Part shown: piece after piece, positions 1-11,520 of the stretch
How the letters are laid out: every line of letters starts with the position of its first letter
Position numbering within the stretch: the stretch's first letter is position 1
Source of the DNA: an uncultured beta proteobacterium
Lineage (GTDB): Bacteria; Pseudomonadota; Gammaproteobacteria; Burkholderiales; Casimicrobiaceae
Length of the DNA stretch: 64,000 nucleotides
Reading direction: 5' to 3'
Assembly (NCBI GenBank): GCA_963816615.1
Contig: CAWFLB010000002.1
Span: 23,557-87,556, forward strand
Notes under the pieces: model-generated
The model's input: only the letters and a program-made list of their open reading frames with translations
What the model was told of the DNA's origin: nothing
Database searches by the model: none
Made by a program: the position numbers and the translations under genes

Positions 1-63
1 CTGCTCGGCATCGCGACGTATCGCGTCTGGTACGCCTGATTCCGGGTTGCGTCGGCCGCTCGA

Positions 64-1176
64 TTAGGTGCTGACCAGCTTGCGGTTGGCCTGCACGCTC
101 ATCAGGATGCCCAGCCCGATGAACAGGCTGATCAACGCGGTGCCGCCGAACGACACCAGCGGCAATGGCACGCCGACCACCGGCAGCAGGCCGCTGACCA
201 TCGCCATGTTGACGAACGCGTAGGTGAAGAACATCAGTGTGATCGCGCCGGAGACCAGCCGCGTGAACATCGTCGACGCGTTAAGCGTGATCGCCAGCGC
301 GCGGCCGATCAACAGCGCGTAGAGCAGCAGCAGGACGGCGACGCCGATCAGCCCGAACTCCTCGCCGAACACCGCGAAAATGAAGTCGGTGTGGCGCTCC
401 GGCAGAAAATCGAGGTGCGTCTGGGTGCCATTCATCCAGCCCTTGCCGATCACGCCGCCCGAGCCCAGCGCGATCGACGCCTGCGAACTGTGATAGCCGG
501 CACCGAGCGGGTCGCGGCTGGGGTCGAGGAAGGTCAGGATCCGCTCCTGCTGGTAGTCGTGCAGATGCGGCCAGACCAGCGGCGCGGCCGCGGCGGCAAC
601 CGCCACCAGCCCGACGATCAGCTTCCACGAAAGCCCGGCGAGGTAGAGGACGTAGAAACCGGTTGCGCCGATGATCAGTGCGGTGCCGAGATCGGGCTGG
701 CGCCGCACCAGGACGACCGGCACGGCGATCAGCACCAGCGCCAACGCGTAGTCGTACAGATGGATACGGGTTTCACGGCGCTGGAAGTACCATGCCAGCA
801 TCAGCGGCAGCGCGATTTTCATCAGCTCGGAAGGCTGGAAGCGCGCGATGCCGATGCTGAGCCAGCGGCGCGAGCCGTTGACCAGCGTGCCCCCGACGGC
901 GACGGCGATCAGCAATGCCACGGCGATCACGTACAGCGGCAGCGCGACGCGGGCCAGACGCTGCGGCGCGATGTTGGCGACGGCCCACATCAGCACCAGC
1001 GCGAAGCCCAGCGACAGGGCCTGGCTGCTCAGCCGCCCGACACTCTGGTCGGATGCCGACACCAGCGTGATCATGCCGACCCCGGCGATCGCCAGCGCCG
1101 CGGCCATCAGGTAGCTGTCGATCCGGCGCGCGATCAGTTGCCAGACCTTGCCGATCAATGCGCCCAGCTTCTCCAT
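64..1176 (-). CDS. rodA: Peptidoglycan glycosyltransferase RodA (SEDS family)
   Basis: 370-aa multi-pass membrane ORF with FtsW/RodA-like sequence. Its start overlaps the stop of the upstream PBP2 gene. It is the last gene of an mreBCD-mrdA-rodA arrangement. Confidence 0.9.
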   Translation of the reverse strand: MEKLGALIGKVWQLIARRIDSYLMAAALAIAGVGMITLVSASDQSVGRLSSQALSLGFALVLMWAVANIAPQRLARVALPLYVIAVALLIAVAVGGTLVNGSRRWLSIGIARFQPSELMKIALPLMLAWYFQRRETRIHLYDYALALVLIAVPVVLVRRQPDLGTALIIGATGFYVLYLAGLSWKLIVGLVAVAAAAAPLVWPHLHDYQQERILTFLDPSRDPLGAGYHSSQASIALGSGGVIGKGWMNGTQTHLDFLPERHTDFIFAVFGEEFGLIGVAVLLLLYALLIGRALAITLNASTMFTRLVSGAITLMFFTYAFVNMAMVSGLLPVVGVPLPLVSFGGTALISLFIGLGILMSVQANRKLVST

Positions 1177-3140
1177 CAGTCGGACTCGTCGTCGGGCTCG
1201 CGGGGCGCCTCGGTCTTGCTGCCGGCGCCAGTGCCGGGCCTCTGCCCGAGCAGATAGTAGTCGAGCACGATCCGCGCGATTGGCGCCGCCGCCTGGGCGC
1301 CGAATCCCCCGTTCTCCACCAGCACGGCCAGCGCGATCTTCGGCTTGTCGGCCGGCGCATACGCCGCGTACCAGGCGTGATCGCGCAACCGCTCGTCGAC
1401 CTTGGCCGAGTAGCGCTCGCCCTTCAGCGAATAGACCTGCGCGGTGCCGGTCTTGCCCGCGGAAATATACTTGGCGCCGACGAACGCCGCCGCGCTGGTG
1501 CCTTCGCGCGGCACGCCGATCAGCGCCTTCTTGATGACGGCCAGATCCTGCGGTTTGACCGCGATCGTGTGTGTCTGCTCGGCAGGCAATTCACGCAGCG
1601 CGCCGGTGCGCGTGTTCTCGATCGCCTTGACCACGCGGGGGCGCATCGCGACGCCGTCGTTGGCGAGGATCGCGATCGCCTGGGCCTGCTGCAGCGGCGT
1701 GAAGGCGTTGTATCCCTGCCCGATGCCGGCCGAGATCGAATCGCCCAGATACCATTTGCGGTGCTCTTCGCGGTAATTGCCGCCGGAGAAGCGCTCGCGC
1801 TTCCAGTTCCGCGACGGCAGCACGCCGGGCAGCTCGCCTTCGAGGTCGATGCCGGTCTTCTGACCGAATCCGAACTGGGACATGAACGCGTAGGTGTCGT
1901 CGATGTCGGTCTCGCCGGCCAGCATGTAGTAGTAGGTGTCGCACGACGCCACGATCGACTTGTTCATGTCGACATAGCCGTGGCCGCCCGGCTTGTCGTC
2001 GCGAAAGCGGTGGGTTCCTCCCGGAATCTGATAGTAGCCGGGGTCGAAAATCGTCTGTGTCGCGGTGCGCTTGCCCGAGGTCAGCGCCCCCAGCGCGAGA
2101 TACGGCTTGATCGTCGATCCCGGCGGGTACGCCCCGCGCAACGGACGATTGAGCAGCGGCTTGTCGGGTGAGTCGTTCAACTGCTCCCAGGCGGCCGGAT
2201 CGATGCCGTCGACGAACAGGTTCGGATCGAAGCCCGGCCGCGAGACGAAGGCGAGGACCTCGCCGGTTGCGGGCTCGATCGCCACCAGCGCCCCGCGCCG
2301 GTTTCCGAACGCCTCCTCGGCGATCTTTTGCAAATTGATGTCGACGGTGAGACGAAGGTTGTTGCCGGATACCGGCGGCGTGCGCGACAGGGTGCGCACG
2401 GCGCGGCCGCTGGAGTCGACCTCGACTTCCTCGACGCCGGTGCCGCCGTGGAGCTCGCGCTCGTACGACAATTCGACGCCGATCTTGCCGGTATAGTCGG
2501 AACCCTTGTAATTCGCCGTCTCGTTCCAGCCATCGATCCGCTCGAGATCGTGGTCGTTGATGCGCCCGACGTAGCCGACCAGCTGCGAGGCGATTTCGCC
2601 GAACGGATATTGCCGGAACAGCCGGGCCTTGATGTCGACGCCGGGAAATCGATACTGATTGACCGCGAAGCGGGCGACTTCCTCGTCGGTCAGGCGCGTG
2701 CGCAAGGGCACGCTGTCCAGGCGCTTCGATTCGTCGAGCAGGCGCTTGAAGCGCTTGCGGTCGCGCGGCTGGACCTCGACGATCCTGGCCAGCTGGTCGA
2801 TCGTCGCGTCGAGATTCGCCACGCGCGAGGGGACGATCTCGAGCGTGTACGCCGAGTAGCTTTGCGCGAGCACGACACCGTTGCGGTCGGTGATCACACC
2901 GCGGTTGGGCGGGATCGGCACGATCGCGACGCGATTGCTCTCGGCCAGCGTCTGGTAGTGGCCGTGCTGGATCACCTGCAGGTAGAAGAAGCGGCCGAAG
3001 AGCCCGCCGAACGCGCCGAGCATCAGCACGCCGGCGATCATCAATCGCCGGCGGAAGCGAAAGGCCTCGCGCTCAGGATCCTTGAGCTCGGGCGGCGAGA
3101 AGGCGCGGTGGCTGCCGCGTTGATTGAACAGGCGTCGCAT
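1176..3140 (-). CDS. mrdA: Penicillin-binding protein 2 (elongasome transpeptidase)
   Basis: 654-aa ORF with an N-terminal TM anchor. Carries the SxxK motif (GSTIKP) and the KTG motif (GKTGTAQ). Lies between mreD and rodA. Confidence 0.9.
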   Translation of the reverse strand: MRRLFNQRGSHRAFSPPELKDPEREAFRFRRRLMIAGVLMLGAFGGLFGRFFYLQVIQHGHYQTLAESNRVAIVPIPPNRGVITDRNGVVLAQSYSAYTLEIVPSRVANLDATIDQLARIVEVQPRDRKRFKRLLDESKRLDSVPLRTRLTDEEVARFAVNQYRFPGVDIKARLFRQYPFGEIASQLVGYVGRINDHDLERIDGWNETANYKGSDYTGKIGVELSYERELHGGTGVEEVEVDSSGRAVRTLSRTPPVSGNNLRLTVDINLQKIAEEAFGNRRGALVAIEPATGEVLAFVSRPGFDPNLFVDGIDPAAWEQLNDSPDKPLLNRPLRGAYPPGSTIKPYLALGALTSGKRTATQTIFDPGYYQIPGGTHRFRDDKPGGHGYVDMNKSIVASCDTYYYMLAGETDIDDTYAFMSQFGFGQKTGIDLEGELPGVLPSRNWKRERFSGGNYREEHRKWYLGDSISAGIGQGYNAFTPLQQAQAIAILANDGVAMRPRVVKAIENTRTGALRELPAEQTHTIAVKPQDLAVIKKALIGVPREGTSAAAFVGAKYISAGKTGTAQVYSLKGERYSAKVDERLRDHAWYAAYAPADKPKIALAVLVENGGFGAQAAAPIARIVLDYYLLGQRPGTGAGSKTEAPREPDDESD

Positions 3141-3152
3141 AATCGAGTCGCG

Positions 3153-3677
3153 CTATCGCTCCGCGGGCGAACGCTGCGGCCGCTGCGGCCATTGCAGCAC
3201 CGCGGTGACCAGCGGCCAGAGCAGCGCGCCGGTCAGCGAGCCGACTATGTAGGTCCAGCGCGGAAGCGGCGCGCCGCCGGCAACGCGCACCAGCAGCACC
3301 AGCCCGGAACTGAGCAACAACAGCACCGCCACTTGCGCCGCCTGCTGCCAGAGCGGAAAGCGCAGCACGCGACGGCGAAAATAGCCGGCGCCGTAGGCGA
3401 GCACCGCGTAGGCGAGTGCATGCTGCCCGAACACGGTCGCATCGACGACGTCCATCATCAGCCCCAGCCACCACGCGACGCCGACGCCGATCAAGCGCGG
3501 CTCCTGAATGCACCAGTAGAGAATGACCAGGGCCAGAAAATCGGGCTTCAGTGTCAACGCCAGGCCAGACACCGGCAGTGTATTGGCCAAGAGGGCGATC
3601 AGCAGGGTCAGCACGAAGAACCACGGCCGGGCCGGCAGCAGGATCTCTTCAGGACGGGCGGCGACAAATGGCGGCAT
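3153..3677 (-). CDS. mreD: Rod shape-determining protein MreD
   Basis: Start set at the internal ATG (residue 49 of the 222-aa ORF), 8 nt after the mreC stop. About 174 aa, very hydrophobic, in the position expected after mreC. Confidence 0.8.
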   Translation of the reverse strand: MPPFVAARPEEILLPARPWFFVLTLLIALLANTLPVSGLALTLKPDFLALVILYWCIQEPRLIGVGVAWWLGLMMDVVDATVFGQHALAYAVLAYGAGYFRRRVLRFPLWQQAAQVAVLLLLSSGLVLLVRVAGGAPLPRWTYIVGSLTGALLWPLVTAVLQWPQRPQRSPAER

Positions 3678-3685
3678 CGCGATCG

Positions 3686-4603
3686 TCAGCCTTTGCGCCT
3701 GCCGCGACCCTTGCGCGGCGCGGCGGTGTCGGCGGGCTCTTCGGGCCGCGGCGGCACCGATGCGGTCGAGGCGAGGATCAACACCTGCGCGCTGTGGTCG
3801 ATGCCCGCCAGCGGCTTGCATGTCACGTGCGCGAAGCTCTGTCCGGTCTCGCGCTCGACCGAGACCACCTGCGCGACGGCGAGCTCCGGGGGATAGGTAC
3901 CGTCGATGCCCGAGGTCACCAGCATATCGCCGGGCACGATCTCGACGCTGGGCGACAGGTAGCGAAGCTCCGGGGGCCGCGCCGCGCCGGCGCCGTACAT
4001 GACAGTGCGCACCCCGGTGCGCTCGACCTTGACCGGCACGGCGTGATCCTTGTCGGTGACCAGCGTGACCTCGGACATATAAGGAAACACGCGCGTGACC
4101 TGACCGACGACGCCGATGCTGTCGATCACCGCGCGCCCCGGCTGAACGCCCGCCGCCTCGCCCTTGTCGACAAAGAGCTTCTGGGTGAACGGATCGCGGC
4201 TGGAATAGAGGACCTCCGCCGCGGTGGCGCTCACCGGGACCCGGGCTTCGAGCTTGATCAGCCCGCGCAGCCGCGCATTTTCCCGTTCGACCGCCGGAAG
4301 GGCCTGCACCAGCGGCGCCTGGGCGAGCAGCTGCGCCTGCAGCGTCGCGTTGTCCTCCGCCAGCGCGCGCTGCGACGAAAAGTAGGTATCGACATACGCC
4401 AGCGCGTCACCGGGCATCTGCACGAGGCGCTGCAGCGGATAGATTACGATCGCGGCGCCGCGCCGGATGTTCTCCAGATAGCGGTAGCGGGTGTCGGCGA
4501 ACAGCAGTGCCAGCGACAGCAGGCCGAAGACGGCAAGCCGCGTGAGCGGGGACGGGCCGCGGTGGAAAAAAGGCGGCGGCTCGACCGGGAGATGACGCAT
4601 CAA
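3686..4603 (-). CDS. mreC: Rod shape-determining protein MreC
   Basis: 305-aa ORF with an N-terminal TM segment, a coiled-coil region and a beta-rich C-terminal part. Directly downstream of mreB. Confidence 0.85.
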   Translation of the reverse strand: MMRHLPVEPPPFFHRGPSPLTRLAVFGLLSLALLFADTRYRYLENIRRGAAIVIYPLQRLVQMPGDALAYVDTYFSSQRALAEDNATLQAQLLAQAPLVQALPAVERENARLRGLIKLEARVPVSATAAEVLYSSRDPFTQKLFVDKGEAAGVQPGRAVIDSIGVVGQVTRVFPYMSEVTLVTDKDHAVPVKVERTGVRTVMYGAGAARPPELRYLSPSVEIVPGDMLVTSGIDGTYPPELAVAQVVSVERETGQSFAHVTCKPLAGIDHSAQVLILASTASVPPRPEEPADTAAPRKGRGRRKG

Positions 4604-4710
4604 ACAGCCCGGCCGATCAGCGGCGGGGACGAACCCCGTCGGGCGGAACGAGCAAGACCGAATGCGTTTTGACAGGCATGCTCAATCGGGGCCTTCCCGA
4701 TCCGTTCCGG

Positions 4711-5817
<1,107 letters not shown>

Positions 5818-5864
5818 CTATTCAGCTTTGTTTCTGCACCGTAAGTTTGCCTGGCGCCCGAGCA

Positions 5865-6152
5865 ATGGCCCTTTCCGTCGACGACGTACGGCGTATCGCA
5901 CATCTGGCCCGGATCGAAATCACGCCGGCCGAAGCCGATGACGTGCGCGACAAGCTGGAGCGCATTTTCGAATTGATCGGACGCATGCGCGCCGTCGATA
6001 CGACCGGCATCGCGCCGATGTCGCACGCGCAGGACGTCGTCCTGCCGCTGCGCGAGGACCGGGTCACCGAAACCGATCGTCACGCGCTCTACCAGCGGGG
6101 CGCGCCGGCGGTCGAGGATGGCCTCTACCTCGTGCCGAAGGTTATCGAGTGA
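5865..6152 (+). CDS. gatC: Asp-tRNA(Asn)/Glu-tRNA(Gln) amidotransferase subunit C
   Basis: 95 aa counted from the internal ATG ([18 protein letters not shown]...). Followed by gatA and gatB. Confidence 0.85.
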   Translation: MALSVDDVRRIAHLARIEITPAEADDVRDKLERIFELIGRMRAVDTTGIAPMSHAQDVVLPLREDRVTETDRHALYQRGAPAVEDGLYLVPKVIE

Positions 6153-6260
6153 GGAAACCGGGACACTGAACGCTAAAGGCACCCGCACGCGCCGAGCGCC
6201 GCCGTCAGCGGGATTCCCGGTCGTTGCGGCGGCACCGCCGCCGGTTCGAACTCGCCGACA

Positions 6261-7736
6261 ATGATTACCGCGCCGCTCATCGAGCTTTCGCACGCCCTCG
6301 CCGCCAGGCGCTTGTCCAGCGTCGAACTGGTCGAGGGATTGCTGTCCCGCATCGATGCAGCCAATCGCCGACTCAATGCCTTCCTGACTATCGACCGGGA
6401 GCGAGCGCTCGCGTCGGCAAGGGCGGCCGACGCCAGGCGCGCGACGGGCGGGGCCGGGCCGCTGACCGGCATTCCGATCGCGCACAAGGACGTCATCATG
6501 ACCGAGGGTCTCAAGACGACCTGCGGTTCGCGCATGCTGGAGCATTTCGTCGCTCCGTACAGCGCCTTTGTCGTCGAGCGGCTCGCGTCCGAGGGCATGA
6601 TTCTGATCGGCAAGACCAACATGGACGAGTTCGCGATGGGCTCGTCGAACGAGAATTCCTTTTTTGGTCCGGTCAGGAATCCGTGGCACGCCGACTACGT
6701 CGCCGGCGGCAGCTCGGGCGGTTCGGCGGCGGCCGTCGCGGCGAGACTCGTTCCCGCCGCAACCGGCACCGACACCGGGGGCTCGATTCGCCAGCCCGCG
6801 GCGCTGTCGGGCGTATGCGGTATCAAGCCGACCTACGGCGTGTGCTCGCGCTACGGGCTCGTCGCCTTCGCCTCGAGCCTCGATACGCCCGGCGCCTTCG
6901 GGCAGACGGCGGCCGACTGCGCGATGCTGTTGACCGCGATGGCCGGTCACGACGCGCGCGACTCGACCAGCCTCGACCGGCCGCGCGAGGACTACGGACG
7001 CGAGATCGACGCGCCCGCAAGCTCGAAGCCGCTCGCGGGCCTGCGCCTCGGCCTGCCACGCGAATATGCGAGCGGAGGGACCGACGCCGCCGTGGCGCGG
7101 GCGATCGAGGTCGCGCTCGGCGAATTCCGCCGGCTCGGCGCGACCACGGTCGAGGTGAGCCTGCCGAACGTGCACCTGTCGGTGCCCGTCTATTACGTCA
7201 TCGCGCCGGCGGAAGCCTCGTCCAACCTGTCGCGCTTCGACGGCGTGCGCTACGGACACCGCGCGGCCGTCTACGGCGATGTCGACGACATGTACAAGAA
7301 AACCCGCGCCGAAGGCTTCGGCGCCGAGGTCAAGCGGCGCATCCTGGTCGGCACCTACGTGCTTTCGCACGGCTACTACGACGCGTACTACCTGAAAGCG
7401 CAGCAGGTGCGCCGGCTGATCGCCGACGATTTCCGTCGCGCCTACCAAAGCTGCGACCTGATCGTCGGGCCGACGTCGCCGACGGCGGCGTTTCGGCTCG
7501 GCGAAAAAAGCGACGATCCGGTCAAGATGTACCTCAACGACATTTTCACTATCGCCGGCAACCTGACCGGAGCGCCGGCGATGTCGATACCCTGCGGATT
7601 CGACGACGCGGGCCTGCCGATCGGTTTGCAGCTCCAGGGCGATCACTTCGCCGAAGCGCGCATCCTCAACGCAGCGCACCGCTACCAGCAGGCGACCGAC
7701 TGGCATCGCCGCGTCCCGCCGGAGTTCGCGCCATGA
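6261..7736 (+). CDS. gatA: Asp-tRNA(Asn)/Glu-tRNA(Gln) amidotransferase subunit A
   Basis: 491-aa ORF with the amidase signature ([24 protein letters not shown]). Confidence 0.95.
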   Translation: MITAPLIELSHALAARRLSSVELVEGLLSRIDAANRRLNAFLTIDRERALASARAADARRATGGAGPLTGIPIAHKDVIMTEGLKTTCGSRMLEHFVAPYSAFVVERLASEGMILIGKTNMDEFAMGSSNENSFFGPVRNPWHADYVAGGSSGGSAAAVAARLVPAATGTDTGGSIRQPAALSGVCGIKPTYGVCSRYGLVAFASSLDTPGAFGQTAADCAMLLTAMAGHDARDSTSLDRPREDYGREIDAPASSKPLAGLRLGLPREYASGGTDAAVARAIEVALGEFRRLGATTVEVSLPNVHLSVPVYYVIAPAEASSNLSRFDGVRYGHRAAVYGDVDDMYKKTRAEGFGAEVKRRILVGTYVLSHGYYDAYYLKAQQVRRLIADDFRRAYQSCDLIVGPTSPTAAFRLGEKSDDPVKMYLNDIFTIAGNLTGAPAMSIPCGFDDAGLPIGLQLQGDHFAEARILNAAHRYQQATDWHRRVPPEFAP

Positions 7737-7797
7737 GCGCGAAGGGCCGCCCCGAGCGCGAATCAGCCCCGAAGCGCGCAGCGCGGAGGGCAGTCCA

Positions 7798-9264
7798 ATG
7801 ACCTGGGAAGTCGTCATCGGTCTCGAGACCCATGCGCAGCTCTCGACCGCCTCGAAGATTTTTTCCGGTGCGCCAACGGCGTTTGGCGCCGCTCCCAACA
7901 CGCAGGCCTCGGCGGTCGATATCGCGCTGCCCGGTGTTCTTCCGGTATTGAACCGCGGCGCGGTCGAGCGCGCGATCCGCTTCGGCGTCGCGGTGGGCGC
8001 CACGATCAACCGCAGGAGCGTCTTCGCGCGCAAAAACTACTTCTACCCCGACCTGCCGAAGGGCTACCAGATCTCGCAATACGAGATACCGATCGTACAG
8101 GGCGGTTCGATCGCGATCGTTTCGCCGACCCGCGGCGAGGTCCGGATCGCGCTGACCCGCGCGCATCTCGAGGAGGACGCGGGGAAATCGCTGCACGAGG
8201 GCACCGGTCCGCTCGGCGCGTCTGGTTCCGGGATGACCGGCATCGACCTGAACCGCGCCGGAACGCCGCTGCTCGAAATCGTGTCCGAACCCGACATGCG
8301 GACGGCCGCCGAAGCCATCGCGTATGCCAGGGCGCTGCACGCGCTGGTACGCTGGATCGGCATCTGCGATGGCAACATGCAGGAGGGAAGCTTTCGCTGC
8401 GATGCCAACGTCTCGGTGCGCCGGCAAGGCGAGGCCAGGCTCGGCACGCGCTGCGAGATCAAGAACCTGAACAGCTTCCGCTTCATGCAGCAGGCGATCG
8501 AGTTCGAGGTGCATCGGCAGATCGAACTGATCGAGGACGGCGGCGCCGTCGTCCAGGAGACGCGCCTCTACGACCCCGACCGAGGCGAGACGCGCTCGAT
8601 GCGCAGCAAAGAGGACGCGCAGGATTACCGCTACTTTCCCGATCCGGATCTGCCGCCATTGGCGATCGACGAGGCGTGGATCGCGCGGATTCGTGCCGAA
8701 ATGCCCGAGCTGCCTGAGCCGATGGCGCATCATTTTGTCTCCGAGTACGCGATCGCGTTGCCGGATGCCCTCCAGCTGACCGCCAACAGAGAGACGGCGC
8801 GCTATTTCGAGGAGACGATGCAGGCGCCCGTCGGCGTGCATCTAAGCGGCAAGACGGTCGCAAACTGGATCCTCGGCGAGGTTTCCGCAAGACTGAACCG
8901 CGATGGAATCCCGATCGAGCAAGCGCCGGTGCGGCCGAAGGAATTCGCGCGCTTGCACGCGCGCGTCCAAGACAACACCATCTCCGGAAATATCGCCAAA
9001 GACGTTCTCGACGCAATGTGGACCGGAGAGGGCGACGCCGACGCGATCATCAAAAAGAAGGGCCTCACGCAGATCTCCGACGCCGGCGCGATCGAAAAAA
9101 TCGTCGACGAGGTCCTTTCCGCGAACGCCGCGATCGTCGCCGAGTACAAGGCGGGCAAGGACAAGGCCTTCCAGTCGCTGGTCGGCAAGGCGATGGCCGC
9201 CAGCCGGGGCAAGGCGAATCCGGCGCAGGTCAACGCGATGCTCAGGAAAAAGCTGGGCGGCTGA
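7798..9264 (+). CDS. gatB: Asp-tRNA(Asn)/Glu-tRNA(Gln) amidotransferase subunit B
   Basis: 488-aa ORF. N-terminus W(E)[11 protein letters not shown] and a C-terminal YqeY-like tail are typical of GatB. Confidence 0.95.
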   Translation: MTWEVVIGLETHAQLSTASKIFSGAPTAFGAAPNTQASAVDIALPGVLPVLNRGAVERAIRFGVAVGATINRRSVFARKNYFYPDLPKGYQISQYEIPIVQGGSIAIVSPTRGEVRIALTRAHLEEDAGKSLHEGTGPLGASGSGMTGIDLNRAGTPLLEIVSEPDMRTAAEAIAYARALHALVRWIGICDGNMQEGSFRCDANVSVRRQGEARLGTRCEIKNLNSFRFMQQAIEFEVHRQIELIEDGGAVVQETRLYDPDRGETRSMRSKEDAQDYRYFPDPDLPPLAIDEAWIARIRAEMPELPEPMAHHFVSEYAIALPDALQLTANRETARYFEETMQAPVGVHLSGKTVANWILGEVSARLNRDGIPIEQAPVRPKEFARLHARVQDNTISGNIAKDVLDAMWTGEGDADAIIKKKGLTQISDAGAIEKIVDEVLSANAAIVAEYKAGKDKAFQSLVGKAMAASRGKANPAQVNAMLRKKLGG

Positions 9265-9320
9265 ATTTCCTCGAGGGCGTCGCGGGTGTCGCAGGCAATG
9301 CGAAGCACCCGACGGCGTGA

Positions 9321-9358
9321 CAAAAACGGTGCGGAAGCCTTGAAGGCCTCCGCACCGT
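9321..9358 (-). terminator. Rho-independent terminator (hairpin plus U-run on the minus strand)
   Basis: ACGGTGCGGA-AGCCTTGAAGGCC-TCCGCACCGT stem. On the minus strand it is followed by TTTTTG. Lies 27 nt downstream of the ORF ending at 9385; also sits 3' of gatB. Confidence 0.5.
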
Positions 9359-9384
9359 CCGTTCAACCCACCGCGTGCCTCCGT

Positions 9385-9998
9385 CTATCTCGGACCCGGG
9401 TCCGGTGGCGACGGGAACAGGTCTTCGTTCCGCCCGAACATCACGTACTGCAAGGTGACGTTGCAGCCGCCGGTCGCGCAGGGCTTGGTGGCATCGACCC
9501 GCGTCACCGCGTAGCCCAGTGTTGCAAATCCGAGGCCCTGTCCGTACGGCGTCACCGGACCGGTGGCGTTGCGAACCGAGAAGTAATCGCCATACCTCAC
9601 GTTCTTCGTACTATCGCTTTGCGTCGCGTTGCTGGTCGTCGTCACGTACGCAACGAAATCGCCGAGGAATCCCACGGCGTTGTCGGCATAGCTGCCGCCG
9701 CCGCCGGTCGCGAGCGAAATCGCGACTTCGTCCTTGCCCGATCCCGGACGCCATACCAGCGCGGGGGTCGCGAAGGCATCCCCAAAAAGGAAAAGCGAAC
9801 GCCGCGGTCGCGTTGCGGCGACGCGCAGAACCGCAGTTCGTCGCAGCAAACCGTGCTCCTGCGGAGGAATACGTAAAATCCGGTCAGGACCCGACATTGC
9901 CTGGCGCCACAACTGGCGCCACGCCAAGCTGTGCCTCCGGGCGGTCCCTTGTCTACTAGAATGCCGGCGATACCGCCAGGCATCGCCTACCGGGGCAG
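9385..9998 (-). pseudogene. Orphan 3' gene fragment or frame-disrupted hypothetical protein
   Basis: The last ~135 codons read like real protein (...GDAFATPALVWRPGSGKDEVAISLATGGGG...NVRYGDYFSVRNATGP...). No credible in-frame N-terminus fits in the ~200 nt before the GST stop. Upstream coding-like stretches lie in the other two frames. Confidence 0.3.
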
Positions 9999-10631
9999 TC
10001 ATATGTATGTTCTGGTCGGGCCCGCGAGCGACATCGCCCTCCTGTACGCCGGCCGCTCCCCGACCCGCGCAAGGTAGGCGCCGATGTTGCCGTACGGCGC
10101 GAGATCGTAGTCGAGGAAGTTCCTTAGCGTCGTGAAAGGGAACACCATCATCACGTCGGCGGCGGTGAATGCTTCGCCGGCGAACCACGGGCCGCCGCCG
10201 ATCTCGGTGTCGACGAAGAATAGCATCTGTTTCATCCGCTCGTGCATACGCGCCGTGACCGGGCTCGCCGCGGCCTCCTTGACCCGGCTCAGCACGAGCG
10301 CGATCAGCAGCAGCGACATCAGGCTGCCTTCGGCGAAGTGTAGCCAGTAGAGGTAGCGGGCGTACGCCGGATGCCCGGCCGGCAGCGCCAGCCGCCCGCC
10401 GGCATGACGATGGACGATATAGTCGACGATCGCACCCGACTCGGCGAGCACAGTGCCGCCGTCGCGGATCACCGGTGCCTTGCCGAGAGCGTGGATCTCC
10501 TTCAACGGGTGCGGAGCCGCGCCCGTCGTCTCGCGCGGAAAGACCTGCAACTCGTACGGAAGACCGAGCTCCTCCATCAGCCAGACAATGCGCTCGGAGC
10601 GCGAGGTCTCCAGGTGATAGACGGTGATCAT
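9999..10631 (-). CDS. Glutathione S-transferase family protein
   Basis: 210 aa from the ATG preceded by GGGAG. N-terminal thioredoxin-like fold (MITVYHLETSRSERIVW...GKAPVI) plus a helical C-terminal domain. Confidence 0.85.
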   Translation of the reverse strand: MITVYHLETSRSERIVWLMEELGLPYELQVFPRETTGAAPHPLKEIHALGKAPVIRDGGTVLAESGAIVDYIVHRHAGGRLALPAGHPAYARYLYWLHFAEGSLMSLLLIALVLSRVKEAAASPVTARMHERMKQMLFFVDTEIGGGPWFAGEAFTAADVMMVFPFTTLRNFLDYDLAPYGNIGAYLARVGERPAYRRAMSLAGPTRTYI

Positions 10632-10788
10632 CACGGTAGCTCCCATCGAAGGGTGGGGGAGTTTGCAACGGTTTGATCTTGGCCGCAATCGCGAACAGTG
10701 CCCACCGGATAACGCCCGCGCGCCGGCGTCGCGTTAAACTGCGTTGCGGCCGTGCACGACGGCCGCGTCATCTGACAGAATTCCGGCG

Positions 10789-11520
10789 ATGATTCCTTTC
10801 GACGTTCAGCGCGCTCTCGATAACCCTTTCTGGTCGAGCCTGACCACGGGGCATGCGCATTTCGCGGTGGGGAGAACGCTGGCACGCCGATATCCGACTG
10901 ACATTTCGCCGATCGCCGGATTGTCCGCGCCGGAGCCTGGCAACATAAGCGCGCTGGAGGCGCTGGTCGATCCCGGCGATGACATGGCAACCGTCGCGCG
11001 ATTGATGCCGAAGCTGCCAGCCCATTGGGAAATCCTGTACGAATCACGCCTGACACAGATGATTCGGAGCAAACGGACGCCGTTGCCGGAGGGTGACGTC
11101 GACGCATCGAGTCTTGGGCCAGCCGATGTTCCGGAAATGCTGTCGCTGGTCGACCTCACCAAGCCGGGACCGTTTCGACTCCGCACGATCGAATTGGGAA
11201 CGTATGTCGGATTGCGTCTATCGGGGCGCCTGGTGGCGATGGCAGGTGAGCGGCTGTGGATCGATGAATTCAGGGAGGTCAGCGCCGTATGCACGCATCC
11301 GGACGTTCAGGGACGCGGGTACGCGCGGGCGCTGATAGCGCGGGTTGTCAATGGGATGATGCGCGCGGGGCAGACGCCGATGCTTCACGTCGAGAGCGCG
11401 AACAAGCGCGCAATCGAGCTGTACGTCGCGCTCGGGTTTGTGCGGCGCGCCGAACTTTCACTGCTGTACGCCAAGCGCGTCGCGCTAGCGGAGCGATTTG
11501 CGGTGCCGAATCGGCTCTAG
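10789..11520 (+). CDS. GNAT family N-acetyltransferase
   Basis: 243 aa from the internal ATG. The acetyl-CoA binding motif region (VCTHPDVQGRGYARALI...) sits in the C-terminal half. Confidence 0.7.
   Translation: MIPFDVQRALDNPFWSSLTTGHAHFAVGRTLARRYPTDISPIAGLSAPEPGNISALEALVDPGDDMATVARLMPKLPAHWEILYESRLTQMIRSKRTPLPEGDVDASSLGPADVPEMLSLVDLTKPGPFRLRTIELGTYVGLRLSGRLVAMAGERLWIDEFREVSAVCTHPDVQGRGYARALIARVVNGMMRAGQTPMLHVESANKRAIELYVALGFVRRAELSLLYAKRVALAERFAVPNRL

Noticed and set aside
1-39. Possible 3' end of a plus-strand CDS (…LLGIATYRVWYA-TGA) at the window edge.
   Set aside because: Thirteen codons are too few to support a call. It is noted only because it would be convergent with rodA.
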